A stretch of DNA of 46,876 nt, the filler included, from Catajapyx aquilonaris (taxonomy: Eukaryota), in assembly GCA_000934665.2 (NCBI GenBank). It is 2 parts of 2 records of this genome, joined end to end, with 100 filler letters (N's around TTAATTAATTAA, not from the genome) between each part and the next. Parts side by side here need not be neighbours in the genome. Positions count along the whole stretch, not along the records: positions 23,502 to 46,876 come from JYFJ02005692.1; 1 more part is not named here. One strand, written 5' to 3'. Each line of letters opens with the position of its first letter. The stretch's first letter is position 1. The translations under genes were made by a program, and so were the position numbers. Shown here in pieces: positions 35,901 to 46,876 of this stretch. The notes below the pieces were generated by a model. That model did no database searches. It was not told the DNA's origin and saw only the letters and a program-made list of their open reading frames with translations.

Positions 35901-36625
35901 GTGCAAAATTCGCGAATTATGACGGCATAGGTCGGGGCCTCTGGTGTATGATCAGGCATCAAAAGAAAGGAACTACGCCCATTTCCCCATGCTTTCCACA
36001 TAGGTTTTACGCAACATTTATATTAAATTTAGTATGTCCACGTATAGGAAATAGTCGTATAGGAAAATAGTCGTATAGGAAATGTGGCGCATATATGATG
36101 TTGGCTATGCTTGTTTTTTTTAAGGAAATGTGACTGATGCTGAATAAATTGAGGTCCAGATATAAGGTCCAAACTACTAAATAGTTGAAAGACTTGAGAG
36201 CAAAATGATTAGCACCAAAAACACTACATTAATTTATTATACTTCAATGAACATGATGAATTCACTCATTTAAACATCTCATGATCACTAGTTCGTTTAG
36301 AAGTTCCTGGAAGGTTGTATTGACCTGATCTATTTTCCCAACTAATACCATGCAAATAGACACTTTCCAATAGAAATATTTACAATGTTCGAATACTTGA
36401 CGATCAATAACAATTTATGGTCGACCACCTGGTAAGGTTTCAAAACAGAGCTATTGTACATCATGGCCTCAAGGCCCGTGGCTCCATCCCAGTTGCGTAC
36501 TAGGACAATGCAACTATAAACATGTAACCGCAAGTAACGCAACAAAATGACGATCTGAAGCAAGCCCAAAGCCTGCGTGTTCAATATTTCATGTAGTTCA
36601 TGGAGTTTGAGCAATACATACCATG
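32940..36625. repeat. Segmental duplicon copy 2 (~3.7 kb) carrying an IR gene
   Basis: Collinear with 24786-28615. Confidence 0.92.
33813..35786 (-). CDS. Divergent ionotropic receptor (IR), intronless, 657 aa, paralogue of 25862-27787
   Basis: Same domain motifs; roughly 90% identical by eye to the first copy. Confidence 0.93.
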   Translation of the reverse strand: MAMLYFILLHLLVVSMQLSTSFLHDSNGEEAGLDKVMSFLEIVRSEMDHCLLVVGHDYEVIPLSMSALFRSMSSDDQGGLLPIQWTKSTPPPEVNSGPGNFEYWFSWLERPTARFVSKCTLVAIIYHEDHFESVLKHVASLVRLDPRWNKFFYYSPDSDIQTSMMLPDYDFLYLLGVVYDQSTNSLVVKNLCHFCDAGYPRIVPNYGLEYFPDYSRDLHGRHMNVSFMFETTPSDVRYMMENYLPVIPYLMIFLDSGLAMNFNWHIVAPEDIPGVDQDVSLPDGNWTGMVGPLQKRIMHVGACACTEETVLVVHPTTCFFSTQITFSIRTPRPLYSWISILKPFTGGMWGLIFLSAVTYSLCFFTALKLHNFIQNPFPEGEKPPGNSLLYSIRFMFSALIEENPNLIPATVSLRVMICFWWLYADVIVCGYDAKFFGSLVSPQMEKLPRSIKEMVHWPKWEWGAMDFIQPYLKLFFAGEIDYAPALQRGMQDGGDMTSCVQRSMKEDFSCFSFYDMLNAMAFLHMDLEGRLPVNIVDDNSFKVIGAMVVSKYSKLYQAVREFELRFEHACMNCRYMPAFTYALSLIALKTARKEGLSYTLSMKLNLMQIKGPLVMLCGFLALGTVCFVGELLQFRGAKYSDRKYKNAREGGVVSNSN

Positions 36626-37220
36626 CAGGCCAGCTCTTACCTTCTCATTACTTGCAATGACCAAAATCCGAAGTTCATAGCTTGACAGTCAAAGGTCAAG
36701 GCTTTGTTTAAAGCCCGAAATTCAAGCGTGTATAAAGATTCGTCATACTCTGTAATTATGACCATCCCTATAATTTATCACCAGTAGCGCTTTAGGAGCT
36801 GCACGTATAGTGGTTTTTCTTTTGGACTGACGATTGCTAAATAATAAAACCATATGAATCGCAATCTTACTATCTTAGTAAGGTTTTCTCGAAATCTTAG
36901 CCTGCACACTCTCTGCCCAGCCCTTTTGGGGTCTGCTTCATTTACCTTGTGACATACAGTTACACTACCGGAGTTCAATACGCCTGAAGGGTGTTATTTT
37001 AATTATGGCCAGCTGCATGAATGGAAATTAAGAGTCTGTCGGGTTATATGCATTGTGAATATTGAGGGTAAAAATGGGAGATTTTCTCTCATTTGTTTTA
37101 ATACCAGCAGCTGCAGTCCCCTCAGCTCCAGTTATCAGGAATATTTAATATAGGCTGTACATTAATAAAATAAGATAATCCCATACATCTGATTTATTAT
37201 AAGTTTAATACAAACCCATT

Positions 37221-37840
37221 ACAATAATGGCCGAGTATTATTTGTGTGAGGGGAAAAAAGAAACTTTGTACTAGTACATCGTATTTATGCATCAAAAAAT
37301 AAAACAAAACTTTATAGAGCTCGTGTCTGCAGTCAAGATCTTTACGAGGGTTATCTGCAGCACACAGTAAAGAAAATCAAGCAAAGCTGCACCAAAATAA
37401 TGAACATAACTCAAAATCACAAAAAATATCAGCCCCTCACCATACAAGTATTTCAAAATAAAAGATACATGATGTATATAGTACAGTCAGTGAACAGTAC
37501 ATCTGTTAATGCAGCACAAGGTAACGTAAATTATTATTCATATGACAATAATGGCTGAGTACTATTTGTGTGAGGGGAAAAAAGGAATTTGGTACAAGTA
37601 ATACATTGCATTTATGCAGCAAAAAATTAAACAAAACTTTATAGAGCTCGTGTCTGCAGTCAATATCTTGACTAGAGTTATCTGCAGCACACAGTAAAGA
37701 AAATCAAATAATGCTGCACCAAAATAATGAACATAACTCAAAATCACAAATATCAGCCCCTCACCGTACAAGTATTTCAAAATAACAGGTACATTATGTA
37801 CAGTACATCTGTTAATGAAGCACAAGGTAATGTAAATTAT
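37221..37840. repeat. Tandem duplication, ~324-bp unit x 2
   Basis: ACAATAATGGC.GAGTA.TATTTGTGTGAGGGGAAAAAAG at 37221 and 37545, with collinear sequence following. Confidence 0.9.
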
Positions 37841-38438
37841 TCATATTATGATAAACCCAATACAAATATTTAATCCACTACTCTCATTTTTTAGAAAATT
37901 GCACATCAGTCAATTTTCAAAGTTGAAAAGTCTTTGAAATCATGTGCATTACGTAATGATTTCATTATGCAACAAAAAATGCCTTCCCAAATTTATCTGC
38001 AGTACTTTTTTGAAATCATATAATTCTGCAGTAAAAAAATGAAAATACGTAAATTAAAAATACACAAATATGGGACGAGTACAAATGCAATAAGCCACAT
38101 AAAAACACCTGGCCTAAAGTTTCAGCACCAAACTAAGGTTATTTCTGATAGATATTAATTTTGTATAATGTACATGGCAATTGCATTTAAGGTCTTCCCA
38201 ATACCAAATGTAAAGTTGAAAGGGTGAGAGGAATGAACTTGCACACACAATTTTCAAAATTGTATGTTACATTTATATTAATTACTACTGTATTACTCAA
38301 TTTTTGCACTTCTCATGTCACGTGTCCAAATTTATTACTCTGTCAACCTTTCATTATTTTATTTATTGGAAAATTAAGAAACGAAAGGGAAATGCAGCAA
38401 AATGAGGCAAAATATTAAATCAGGAATGGTTGCTGCTC

Positions 38439-41400
38439 TTAATCATCTTCTTCCTCCACATGAACATCTTGTTCCATGTCAGAATCAGCGCTGTAATCCT
38501 CGCCTGGCATTGAGTAAGTAAAGTCTCCACTACCTGACGTGTCTAATTCCATTCTGGTACTAGATCCAGGACGATTCATTTTGGTAAAAGAAACCTCAGG
38601 AGTCTCCCCTTCTGTCTCTGCAGGCTCGGGAAAGTTGTCAGCCACAAATTGGGCAGCCTCTTCTTTTGTAATGTTTCGGATTGACTGTTTTGTTCCATGT
38701 GCCTCGACGAGATAGATCGAATCAGCCATGTCCAGAAACTCCTGATGAAAGGAAGTGATGAAGAATTGGGTGTTCTGGGACATGTCCTTGATCAGTTCAG
38801 CCAATTTCCTTCGATTTGTAGCATCCAGTGACTGTTGAAAAAAAAAAACAATCCAGAAGAATTCAATATAGGCTACGCCAGTAACAGATGTAATGGACAA
38901 TTTGTATCTGTCATTCAGCACATGTTGAATAATTGCTCTCAAAAATCTGAAAACATATTTCTTAAGTTTTTTTGACAGTGGTTCAATTCCAGAGATGGAA
39001 AATGTGTAGGCACTTTGTTGACACATTATTATTATTCCCCAATAAAACTCTAATAATGCCACACACTGCACTGTGAGAGCCACTAGTTTAGAGGACTATA
39101 TAAGGAGTTTTAAATAACTTACGCTATCTATCTCGTCCATCAGGAAGAAAGGAGATGGGTTGCACATGTGCAAGGCCATCAAAAACGCCAGTGACACCAG
39201 TGACTGCTCACCAGCGGACAGCCACTGGACGGGGACAAAGGACTCTTCTGCATTATCTGGATCCAGGTACACCTGAATGGTAATACCAACTGGTTTTCCA
39301 AAGTCAGTGTGGGTGGCCATCCTCATCTTGGTTCGGGCCTTTGGCAGGAAGTGATTGAAGATCTTCACAAAAGCATCTCGCACACGCTCGAATGATGCTT
39401 GAAGAACTTCATCCTTCTTTCCTTCGACATCCTCTATCAGATCCCTGAGATCCTGATTTCTAAAGGGAAGAGTGGAAAGTGCATATTTGATGCATTAAAA
39501 AGTTGGGGAAATGACATGAGAAGGCTGTTACTGCTGCAATTTAACTGTTGAAAAATTTTGACATTTAATGTGCCAATATGATTTTTAAGGAAATTTCTGA
39601 TAGACATCTTAATAATTATGAATAGAGAGGGGCATTTCTCTGCCCAGGTTGACAATCTAGAGAGAGGGGAGAAAAAAGGTTGAGGAATTACTCTCTCCTG
39701 ATCCTCATTTAAGGCCAGGCTAATTGGCATAATCTACCTTCACCATTTTGCATACACATTTGGTTAATATTCCATCAACTCTTCCTTCTCCCCTCTCCTC
39801 AGATCGTCAACTTGGGCTGTGAAACACCATACTAATAGCATTTCCCTCGAGGTTGACCAGCTGGTGTACAATAGGCTACACTTTTGTCATGTAAATCACA
39901 AAATAATGAGTAGGAAAGTTTAATGCTTCCTTACATGGTAAATGACTACATGAGAGGTGCTTTCAACTATTTCAAAATTAATATTGTTGGGCATTTCAAC
40001 AGCCATGAGTAATATTCAACTTATGCTATAACACAGCATTTTAACTTATGCAAAAAAAAAAGTATGATTCAGAATGACTTACCCAGTTTTTAATATCTCC
40101 AACGAATTGATCACTCTCTTCAATCCGTCATCCACATTTTCCAATTCTTCTGTCACAGTAGGAACAGCTATTGGTGAGGGGGTTACCTCTTTGTCACCAG
40201 CAATTTTCACAAGCTCATCTGTGGGTTTTTCCTGCAACTCATTGTATGTTTTTCCATCTGGAACTATTCCCATTTCATCCAGCTTTTGCTTCAGTTTGGT
40301 GATCTTCTGGGAAATTTGCCCTCGTCGCTTGTCCTTATTTTCGAGCTCTTTTTTTGTGTCATCGATTGCCTCCTCCAGCTTGTTCTTTGCACTTTCACAC
40401 TGCTCCAGTTTGGACTTATCTGTCTGATGGTCTTTTTTTATCTTCTTGTATTCTTGCTTTTTCTCTCTCTGGTCATCTTGCAATTTCTGATACCTGCTGG
40501 AAATGACGTTACGCTGCTCTTGTAGTTTTTTCTCTTCTTCGACCTTGTTGGTGAAATCAGTTTTGGTGATACGTTCATCGATACCCTGCATCTCATTCAA
40601 AATGCGTTCCCGTTCCCTTTGCAGACGACCAAGACGTCCTCCAACAGTTTTGCATTCTTTCTTAGCAGACTCCAACTCTCTCCGCAGTTCTTCCTCTTCT
40701 CTGCCAAGTCTCTCAAATGATGCTGCCAATGGTTCACCCACTCCACTTTCAATCTTGCTTTTGAAAGCCTCTAGTTGCCCTGTAATATTCTTGCCCTTCT
40801 GGAGTTCAGTGTCCAACCGTAATATGGTTTGTTTAAGGTTCTGAATCTCCCTCTCCGAGCTCAGGAAATTGCCCTGAAACGTTTTAAGCTGCGATTCGCT
40901 TGCAAGTGATTTATCAGCGCAGTCCCTCATCTTTTTTTTCAGAGTTGTGGCTTCATTTTCAATATTTCTGAGAGTCTCTTCACACTCTTTCATTTCTTTA
41001 GACTTCCTCTCTAATTCTTCTCTGAGTTGTTGTTTAGTGTGAAAGTGGTGCAATGTCGACATTTGGTGAGAAAAGTACCCACCTTCCACAAATCCATCTG
41101 GCATACACTTATGACCTTGGAGTGTAACACACACCTTGCCAAGCTCCTCTGATAGGACATCTCCCTCAGTCAAGGATCTGCACAGAAGCTTGTTCCCAAG
41201 CAGGTGATCAATCAGAGGTAGCATTTTCGGATCATGTGGGGCAACCATTGTAGAGAGTGCAACTGCGCCCTAGACAACAAGACATTCTGTTAGTTACGAC
41301 CATATGCTTATATTGGCAAAAGTAGTAGTAGCATTATTATTTTTTTATTATTAAATTATTATACTGTGCCATACTATTATATCCCCTCAAAAACACACTC

Positions 41401-44400
41401 GTAAAAAACGCGCCAAGTCTTCCGCCGAAAAAACCTGTGAGATAGTGTCTGGGAGCCAAGCCTTGTCCACTCCGCCGTACAAAGTCATGAGATTAATCTA
41501 CCCAAACTATTTGTTTTGAATGGCGTTTGAAATTGTACCGGAAATGTTTACTCGAGATTTCCGCAAAATCGGGAGCACATAAATACGATATATGCCAACC
41601 ATAAAACATTTTGTGCATGTTAGGCCCTACTGAGAAAGGAGTCGGTTTCACGATTTTTCGATAATTTTTATTGTTGATTTTAAAAACTTTTCACGGGGTT
41701 AAATGATTAATTTGACATTTTCTGATCCAGAAATAATTTTAAAACAGCCAATTCAGTAATTGTTTAATTGTTATTATGCCACAATGTCTCAGCTGAGCAT
41801 TCCAAAACGATTGTGCATAATATATCTCATTGTGGCATAATAACAATTAAACAATATTACTGCATTGGCTGTGTTAAAATTATTTCTGGATCAGAAAATG
41901 TCAAATTAATCATTTAACCCCGTGAAAAGTTTTTAAAATCAACAATAAAAATTATCGAAAAATTGTGAAACCGACTCCTTTCTCAGTAGGGCCTAACATG
42001 CACAAAATGTTTTATGGTTGGCATATATCGTATTTATGTGCTCCAGATTTTGCGGAAATCTCGAGTAAACATTTCCGGTACAATTTCAAACGCCATTCAA
42101 AACAAATAGTTTGGGTAGATTAATGATGAATGCAAAAAACATAATTTAGGCCGCCATTTTGGATCCAAATTTTGTGATTTTATTAGGATGATAATAACCA
42201 TCTCACAGAGAGTGAAAACACATTTACAATGCACATATCAATTTTAAGATTTAACCCGATCTTCTGGGTGTTATGGTCCTCCAACTGACAGCGTACAGGT
42301 CGAAAACGCGCGCCGGCTGCATTTTCGCCCTCTGGCGGGTGAGATTCCAAAAATCTCCTCCTAAACTCTTCGGAAATATGAAGCACACATTTCAAGGTTC
42401 ATTTTGAGTGCCATTCAAAAAATCTCAAAAATGGCCAACGTTGAGTAATATGAAAATCAAAATTTCGCCGTCATCTTGAAATCCAAAGTTTTTACTTCCG
42501 GCAATTTTCAATGCGATATCATGAAAGGCCGTTAAAAGAGGTTCCGAAATCACCCATCACATTTGGATTCACTTGAGGGGTTCAGAAGTTACGGGACTCC
42601 ATTCAAAGCCCTAGCCGCGTAAAATGAGTGAAACATCACAACTTACACACCCTGTAGTTTCGCAACCACGTGAGACAGAGATACAAAATCTGGGATTCTT
42701 ACATATAAGCACTAGTACAACACATCTATGGAATTTGGTCGAAATCGTACGAGATTTGTCGGGGGGTGGTCCGCTTGACATGGAATGCCTCATATATGAA
42801 TGAAAAGAAAAAACGCCAATTTGGGCCCGCTCCTGTTGTGGACCTAGTGGTCCAAATTTCACGACAATTTATTTGTATGGTCCCCGGGTGTGCCCCATTG
42901 TCGTATTAAAATATAAGACTTGCAGCATTTTCCTGTGCCGAACTAGAAAATGCCGAAGTGTAGAGAGCGAGTTGGCTCCAGTAAAGGATGCACGGCAGCG
43001 CGAGACGAGAGGGGGAGAGAGAGAGAGTGGTGGAGAGAAGGGGCTATAGTGCGGGTCAGTGGCGGTGGAAGTGGCTTAGACTTGGCGGATGCACTGCCGT
43101 GCATCTTGATCATAATTATCCATCCCATGTAATGCAATCTCAAATGCAACTACCATCAATAAATTGGAGGCTTCCCCACTATCTGGTTACGTAATTCGCA
43201 ATTTTCAGCCTACAAAACCACATAATTATGCTCTTTCCATGTGCTCTGACCCAGGTAGAGATAACCCACGAACAACCAGAAATTGGATTTGAATTTGAAT
43301 TAAACTATGTTGCGCCTATATGCGCAACAAGCGTGCTGCACCAATCCTGTGGTAAATTTACTTTCATTGAGGTTGGAAATACTGCTGTACTTTACATACT
43401 TCTTGCCCTTGTAATAATGAATTTATAATGTAAAGCTTTGGCGATTTCCACTTTGACCAATGTGCATTACTCTTTCGTGTTTTTAGCTACGGTATTTACT
43501 CCTCTCGGAATGGCCAGCTAGCCTTTTAATCTGTTCTCAGGTGTTTTTGATAACAACCATAATTAACTGCTCAATAAATGCTTGCAAATAAGCAGCTTAT
43601 TTGCAAAAAAAAAATTGCTAACCACTGCGGATATTTCAATTGGAATATCTTGTATACTACACCTTACACCCAGTACAGTACTTACACATTGTGGAAAATT
43701 TCAATTACTCTGATTAATGTGCAGCTCTCTGAATAAAAGCTGCTTTCTTATAGGCCTACTTACTTTTAGATCAGGCGGTAGTCTACCACGGGTCTTCAGC
43801 TTGTCCAGAGCGAAAATATTCATGGATCCATTCACAAGCCTTCTTTTGACTTCTTCCAAAAAGGTTGTTGCTGCTTCTGCTGTATCAAATACATAGTTGA
43901 ATAAACTGAAAATGAATAATAATAATCATCATTATCATAATAATAATAACCATAATAATAATAATAATCATCATCATCATCATCATCATCATCATAATAA
44001 ATGTCTTTGAACCCTGGTTGGTTGATTCTGTTGATAAGGAGGGCCGACTAATGTGGTAATGCCCTATATGTACCTTTTATTCAAGCAGCTCTGAATGGCA
44101 GCATATAGTTTCTTGTCACATTCGAAGTTCTCCATGACCATGCCATGGTATGATTCGGCAACTTCCTCATACTCTCCACCACGTCTGCGGAAAATTTCAA
44201 GCACTTCCTCGACAACGCAATTTGTTTTCCAGAGTTCCTAAGGGTAAAAAAAATAATTACTACAGCCCTGATATGATTATACATTGAGATCGCTGAGCAA
44301 AAATAAAATACTAACAGGCCCCATAATGGCACGCAACTCACGATTAGCTTCTTCCAACTGCTTCTCTATATAATTGATTTCATTTTCGATTCTGACCTTG

Positions 44401-45886
44401 TAACGCAGTTGATCATTATACTCTGACTGCTTGGCAGAAAGCTTTAGAGCATCTTTCTTTCTCTGGTCCTCATAATCATTAATCTCTGATTTTACCTGCT
44501 CTGGGTAGTCTCGCATATCTGACATCTCAGTCTCGAGCTTTGTCAATGCTTCCTTTTTTTCATGTAAATCTGCATCTATGCGAGTAACCTCCTCATTCCA
44601 GTGTCCTTTTATTTTGTCAAGGTGTTGGATTTCTGATTCCTGCCATGTACTAGGTACATCTTGGCTGTCAGCTTCGAAAGCATGGCTCATTTCATTTAGG
44701 ACAGCTCGCATGTTGCAAATCTCCGTCATCCTGTGAAAGTGAGATAATGGTTATGAGTAATCACATACATTGAAGCGTTTTAGTTACTAGGGCTGTCTTT
44801 TTCTCCACATAATGTGCACTGTACTTACTTAAGCTCCTTTCTATCCTGTGCTATTTTCTTCTGATGGTAGTCGTCTAGTAGTTTGTATTCTTCTCCTTTT
44901 ACCTGCCTATATTCATTTTCAAGATCAGTCTTCCTTTCTCTAAGAACATCTGCGTTGCTCTCTTGCATGCCTTGCAGTTTCCTTTCAATTCCATCCATCA
45001 TACGCTTGATCATATCATCATCAGAGCCAAGTGTTTGCAGCTCGCCATACAAGTTTCTCTCTTTATCTGCACTCATCTTTTCTGCCATATGAGCTTCATT
45101 TTGGACTATTTGTGCCTGTTCGAGCTCGTTCAATAGATATATCAACTTGTCCTTCATTGAGCTGATGTTCTGCTCACAGTCTGCGATCCTGCCTCTCATC
45201 TTTGCCAAAGGACGCTCATTCAATATTATCTTAGCACATCGTCGCAGCCTATCTTCCTTCTCCATCTTCTCCAACTTTTCCATCCGCTTTTGGAGGGCAG
45301 ATTTTTCTCTACCTAATTCCTCCGCTGCTGCTTGCATGCCTCTAATTTGTTCCTCGCTTATTTTCATAGTCGTCTGCATTTCAGCACGGTTGCTTTCATA
45401 TACGTTTACCCCAGCCATATTGTGGAGAATTTCCAACAGACGTTCTTCTCTTGCAGTTGCCAGTCTCGTGACCATTCCCTGCTTCATATAGTTGTAGGAT
45501 GTTCCATTGACGAGTCCTGAGGCTTCTAGCAGTGACTCTATTTCTTTTGCTGAGGTATGGCGATCATTCAAATAAAACTGATCATGCGTGCTTGCCACTG
45601 CGTGAGCCAGATGCACTTCTTCATTCACCTCTTGTAGCCTGTGGTCTGTGTTGTCAAAAGTAACAGTGACCCGTGCTACTTTGGCCTGTTTTACCCCGTG
45701 GCTGTTGATCAGGCTCATTCTTTGCTGATCAGTTGTGCGGCCTGGTGAGCGACCCAGAACGAAGTTTATTCCACTCAACAGGCTGCTTTTACCTGTTCCA
45801 TTGCAGCCGATAATCAAGTTTATCCCAGTACTTGCATTGTTCAGAGAAATTCTATCTCCGAATCCCTTGAAACCCTCCAGGGTCAC
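38439..45886 (-). CDS. SMC3: Divergent SMC3-like cohesin ATPase subunit, ~1231 aa in 7 exons (a short first exon was not located)
   Basis: Exons 44829-45886, 44316-44730, 44074-44237, 43764-43905, 40083-41269, 39123-39459 and 38439-38831 splice in frame (3696 nt). Walker A GCNGTGKS, Q-loop YMKQG, SMC3-type hinge YHGMVMENFECD and GX6GX3GG, signature LSAGEQ, Walker B PSPFFLMDEID, D-loop SLD, QFFITSFH. Confidence 0.9.
41380..42960. mobile_element. Probable non-autonomous repeat element hosting the palindrome (Helitron/Helentron-like, tentative)
   Basis: Repeat-typical blocks (GGCCGCCATTTTGG, TTTTTACTTCCGG) and a terminal hairpin GCATTTTC...GAAAATGC at ~42926-42953. Boundaries are approximate. 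Confidence 0.4.
41492..42124. repeat. Long near-perfect inverted repeat (~295-bp arms, 41-bp spacer) in an SMC3-like intron
   Basis: 41492-41786 is the reverse complement of 41828-42124 with only a few mismatches/indels. Confidence 0.95.
43912..44000. repeat. (AAT)n/(CAT)n compound microsatellite
   Basis: Read directly from the sequence; intronic. Confidence 0.95.
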
Positions 45887-46321
45887 CTGCAATGAAATAG
45901 AACAAAATAATATCTCCCCCTAGCTGCGGGTTCAGTGAGAAAACATTTGCCTCATAAAGGTCAGGGGTTTGGCTAAAACTTTTGGTGCACAATTAGCGAA
46001 GGCAAAGGTTGATTGAATGCACTTTATCTCACATCTTAACACAGAGCAGATTCGGGTGGAATTTTTTTATGAGCTCAACCGAGTGCGCAACACAGTTCGC
46101 GCAACTTGCAAGGTTGGAATTATTATCAGTGATAGCTGGTAAGCTCTATGCATAGTGGGTTCTGGTAAACAAGCGCCGCCGGACTTATTTCCAAGGCTAC
46201 TCTTAAGGGGGGTAACAATATGGCCGACCTTTGCGACGTTGCTAAGGCTCTGGAAGGATGTAAATTTGGTCCCTGACGAGTCGTGCAAATACCACGTGAC
46301 CGATTTTAGGAAACTTTTTTT

Positions 46322-46421
46322 ACCCCCCTCCCCCCAATGACCTACCGTGGTATCCATTGGAACCCCCCTCCCCCCAATGACCTACCGTGGTATCCATTGG
46401 AACCCCCCTCCCCCCCCCCCC
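46322..46421. repeat. ~40-bp direct repeat x 2
   Basis: CCCCCTCCCCCCAATGACCTACCGTGGTATCCATTGGAA occurs twice. Confidence 0.85.
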
Positions 46422-46445
46422 TTTCACGTGTGTGGGTGTGATCAG

Positions 46446-46770
46446 GTCTTGACTAAGGNGTAGCTGTGGGGACCAGTTCCAATTGTGGGGACATTTGTCG
46501 GTCCCCACAGTCTCACACACGCGAAGTGTACCATTACAGTGGGGACATGTGTAAATTAGTGGGGACATGTCCCCACTATTTTCATTTGTAGGTTTTCACA
46601 AAAGTTCATTTTTCTCAGCCTAGGTTACTTAGGGTAGGGTAGGTTAGGTAGGGTAGGGTAGGTTAGGTTAGGTTAGGGTAGGTTAGGTTAGGTTAGGTTA
46701 GGTTAGGTTAGATCAGTTTACACTCTCAGTGAAAAGTGATCAATGTCCGTCCCCACGCCTTAGTCAAGAC
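46446..46770. mobile_element. Non-autonomous TIR element with internal (TTAGG)n array
   Basis: Inverted repeat GTCTTGACTAAGG (46446-46458) / CCTTAGTCAAGAC (46758-46770), subterminal GTGGGGAC/GTCCCCAC motifs, a TTAGG/TAGGG run at 46621-46711 and TG-rich flanks. Confidence 0.75.
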
Positions 46771-46876
46771 AAGAGTGGGTGTGTGTGTGGTCAGACATTG
46801 CTATCCTTGTGAGGATATTTTTCGCAAGTTTCCTATCCTTGTGAGGACCGAAAACCTTACGAGGACTTTTTTCAGG

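Noticed and set aside
39735..39880. Possible extra SMC3-like exon
   Set aside because: All three minus-strand frames contain stops, and exons 40083 and 39459 already join in phase with SMC3-like sequence.
46270..46315. CTGACGA...GAAAC as a hammerhead ribozyme core
   Set aside because: GAAA does not follow stem II directly and no stems I/III were found.
45887..46320. First coding exon of the SMC3-like gene (expected MxIKQ-like)
   Set aside because: No ATG-started short exon with a phase-0 GT donor could be identified; it may lie outside the window.
46621..46711. True telomere
   Set aside because: Short, degenerate, and enclosed by element termini with unique sequence beyond.

Overview
Eukaryotic, intron-rich DNA, most likely from an arthropod (divergent ionotropic receptors, a TTAGG array and insect/crustacean-like FoxO point that way). 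It consists of two pieces joined by an N-gap at 23402-23501 that holds an artificial-looking TTAATTAATTAA spacer, so the halves may not be true neighbours. Left piece: the first coding exon of foxo with part of its large intron; a head-to-head pair of unannotated two-exon genes, each encoding a 59-aa secreted Gly/Tyr-rich peptide (both missed by the ORF track); a six-exon mRpS31; and an uncharacterised five-exon ~635-aa gene divergent from mRpS31. Right piece: the 3' end of a replication-dependent histone H1 with its stem-loop; two intronless divergent ionotropic receptor (IR) genes in a ~3.8-kb tandem duplication, separated by Tc1/mariner, LINE and hAT debris; and an intact but strongly diverged seven-exon SMC3 paralogue. 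The best leads are (1) the SMC3-like subunit that lacks the Eco1/ESCO acetylation lysines and has an altered ABC signature, (2) the twin peptide genes with predicted pyroGlu and amidated ends, and (3) a 3'-terminal stem-loop shared by two different tRNA-SINEs and a LINE remnant. All gene models were spliced by hand and all homology calls are from memory of family motifs; no searches were run.
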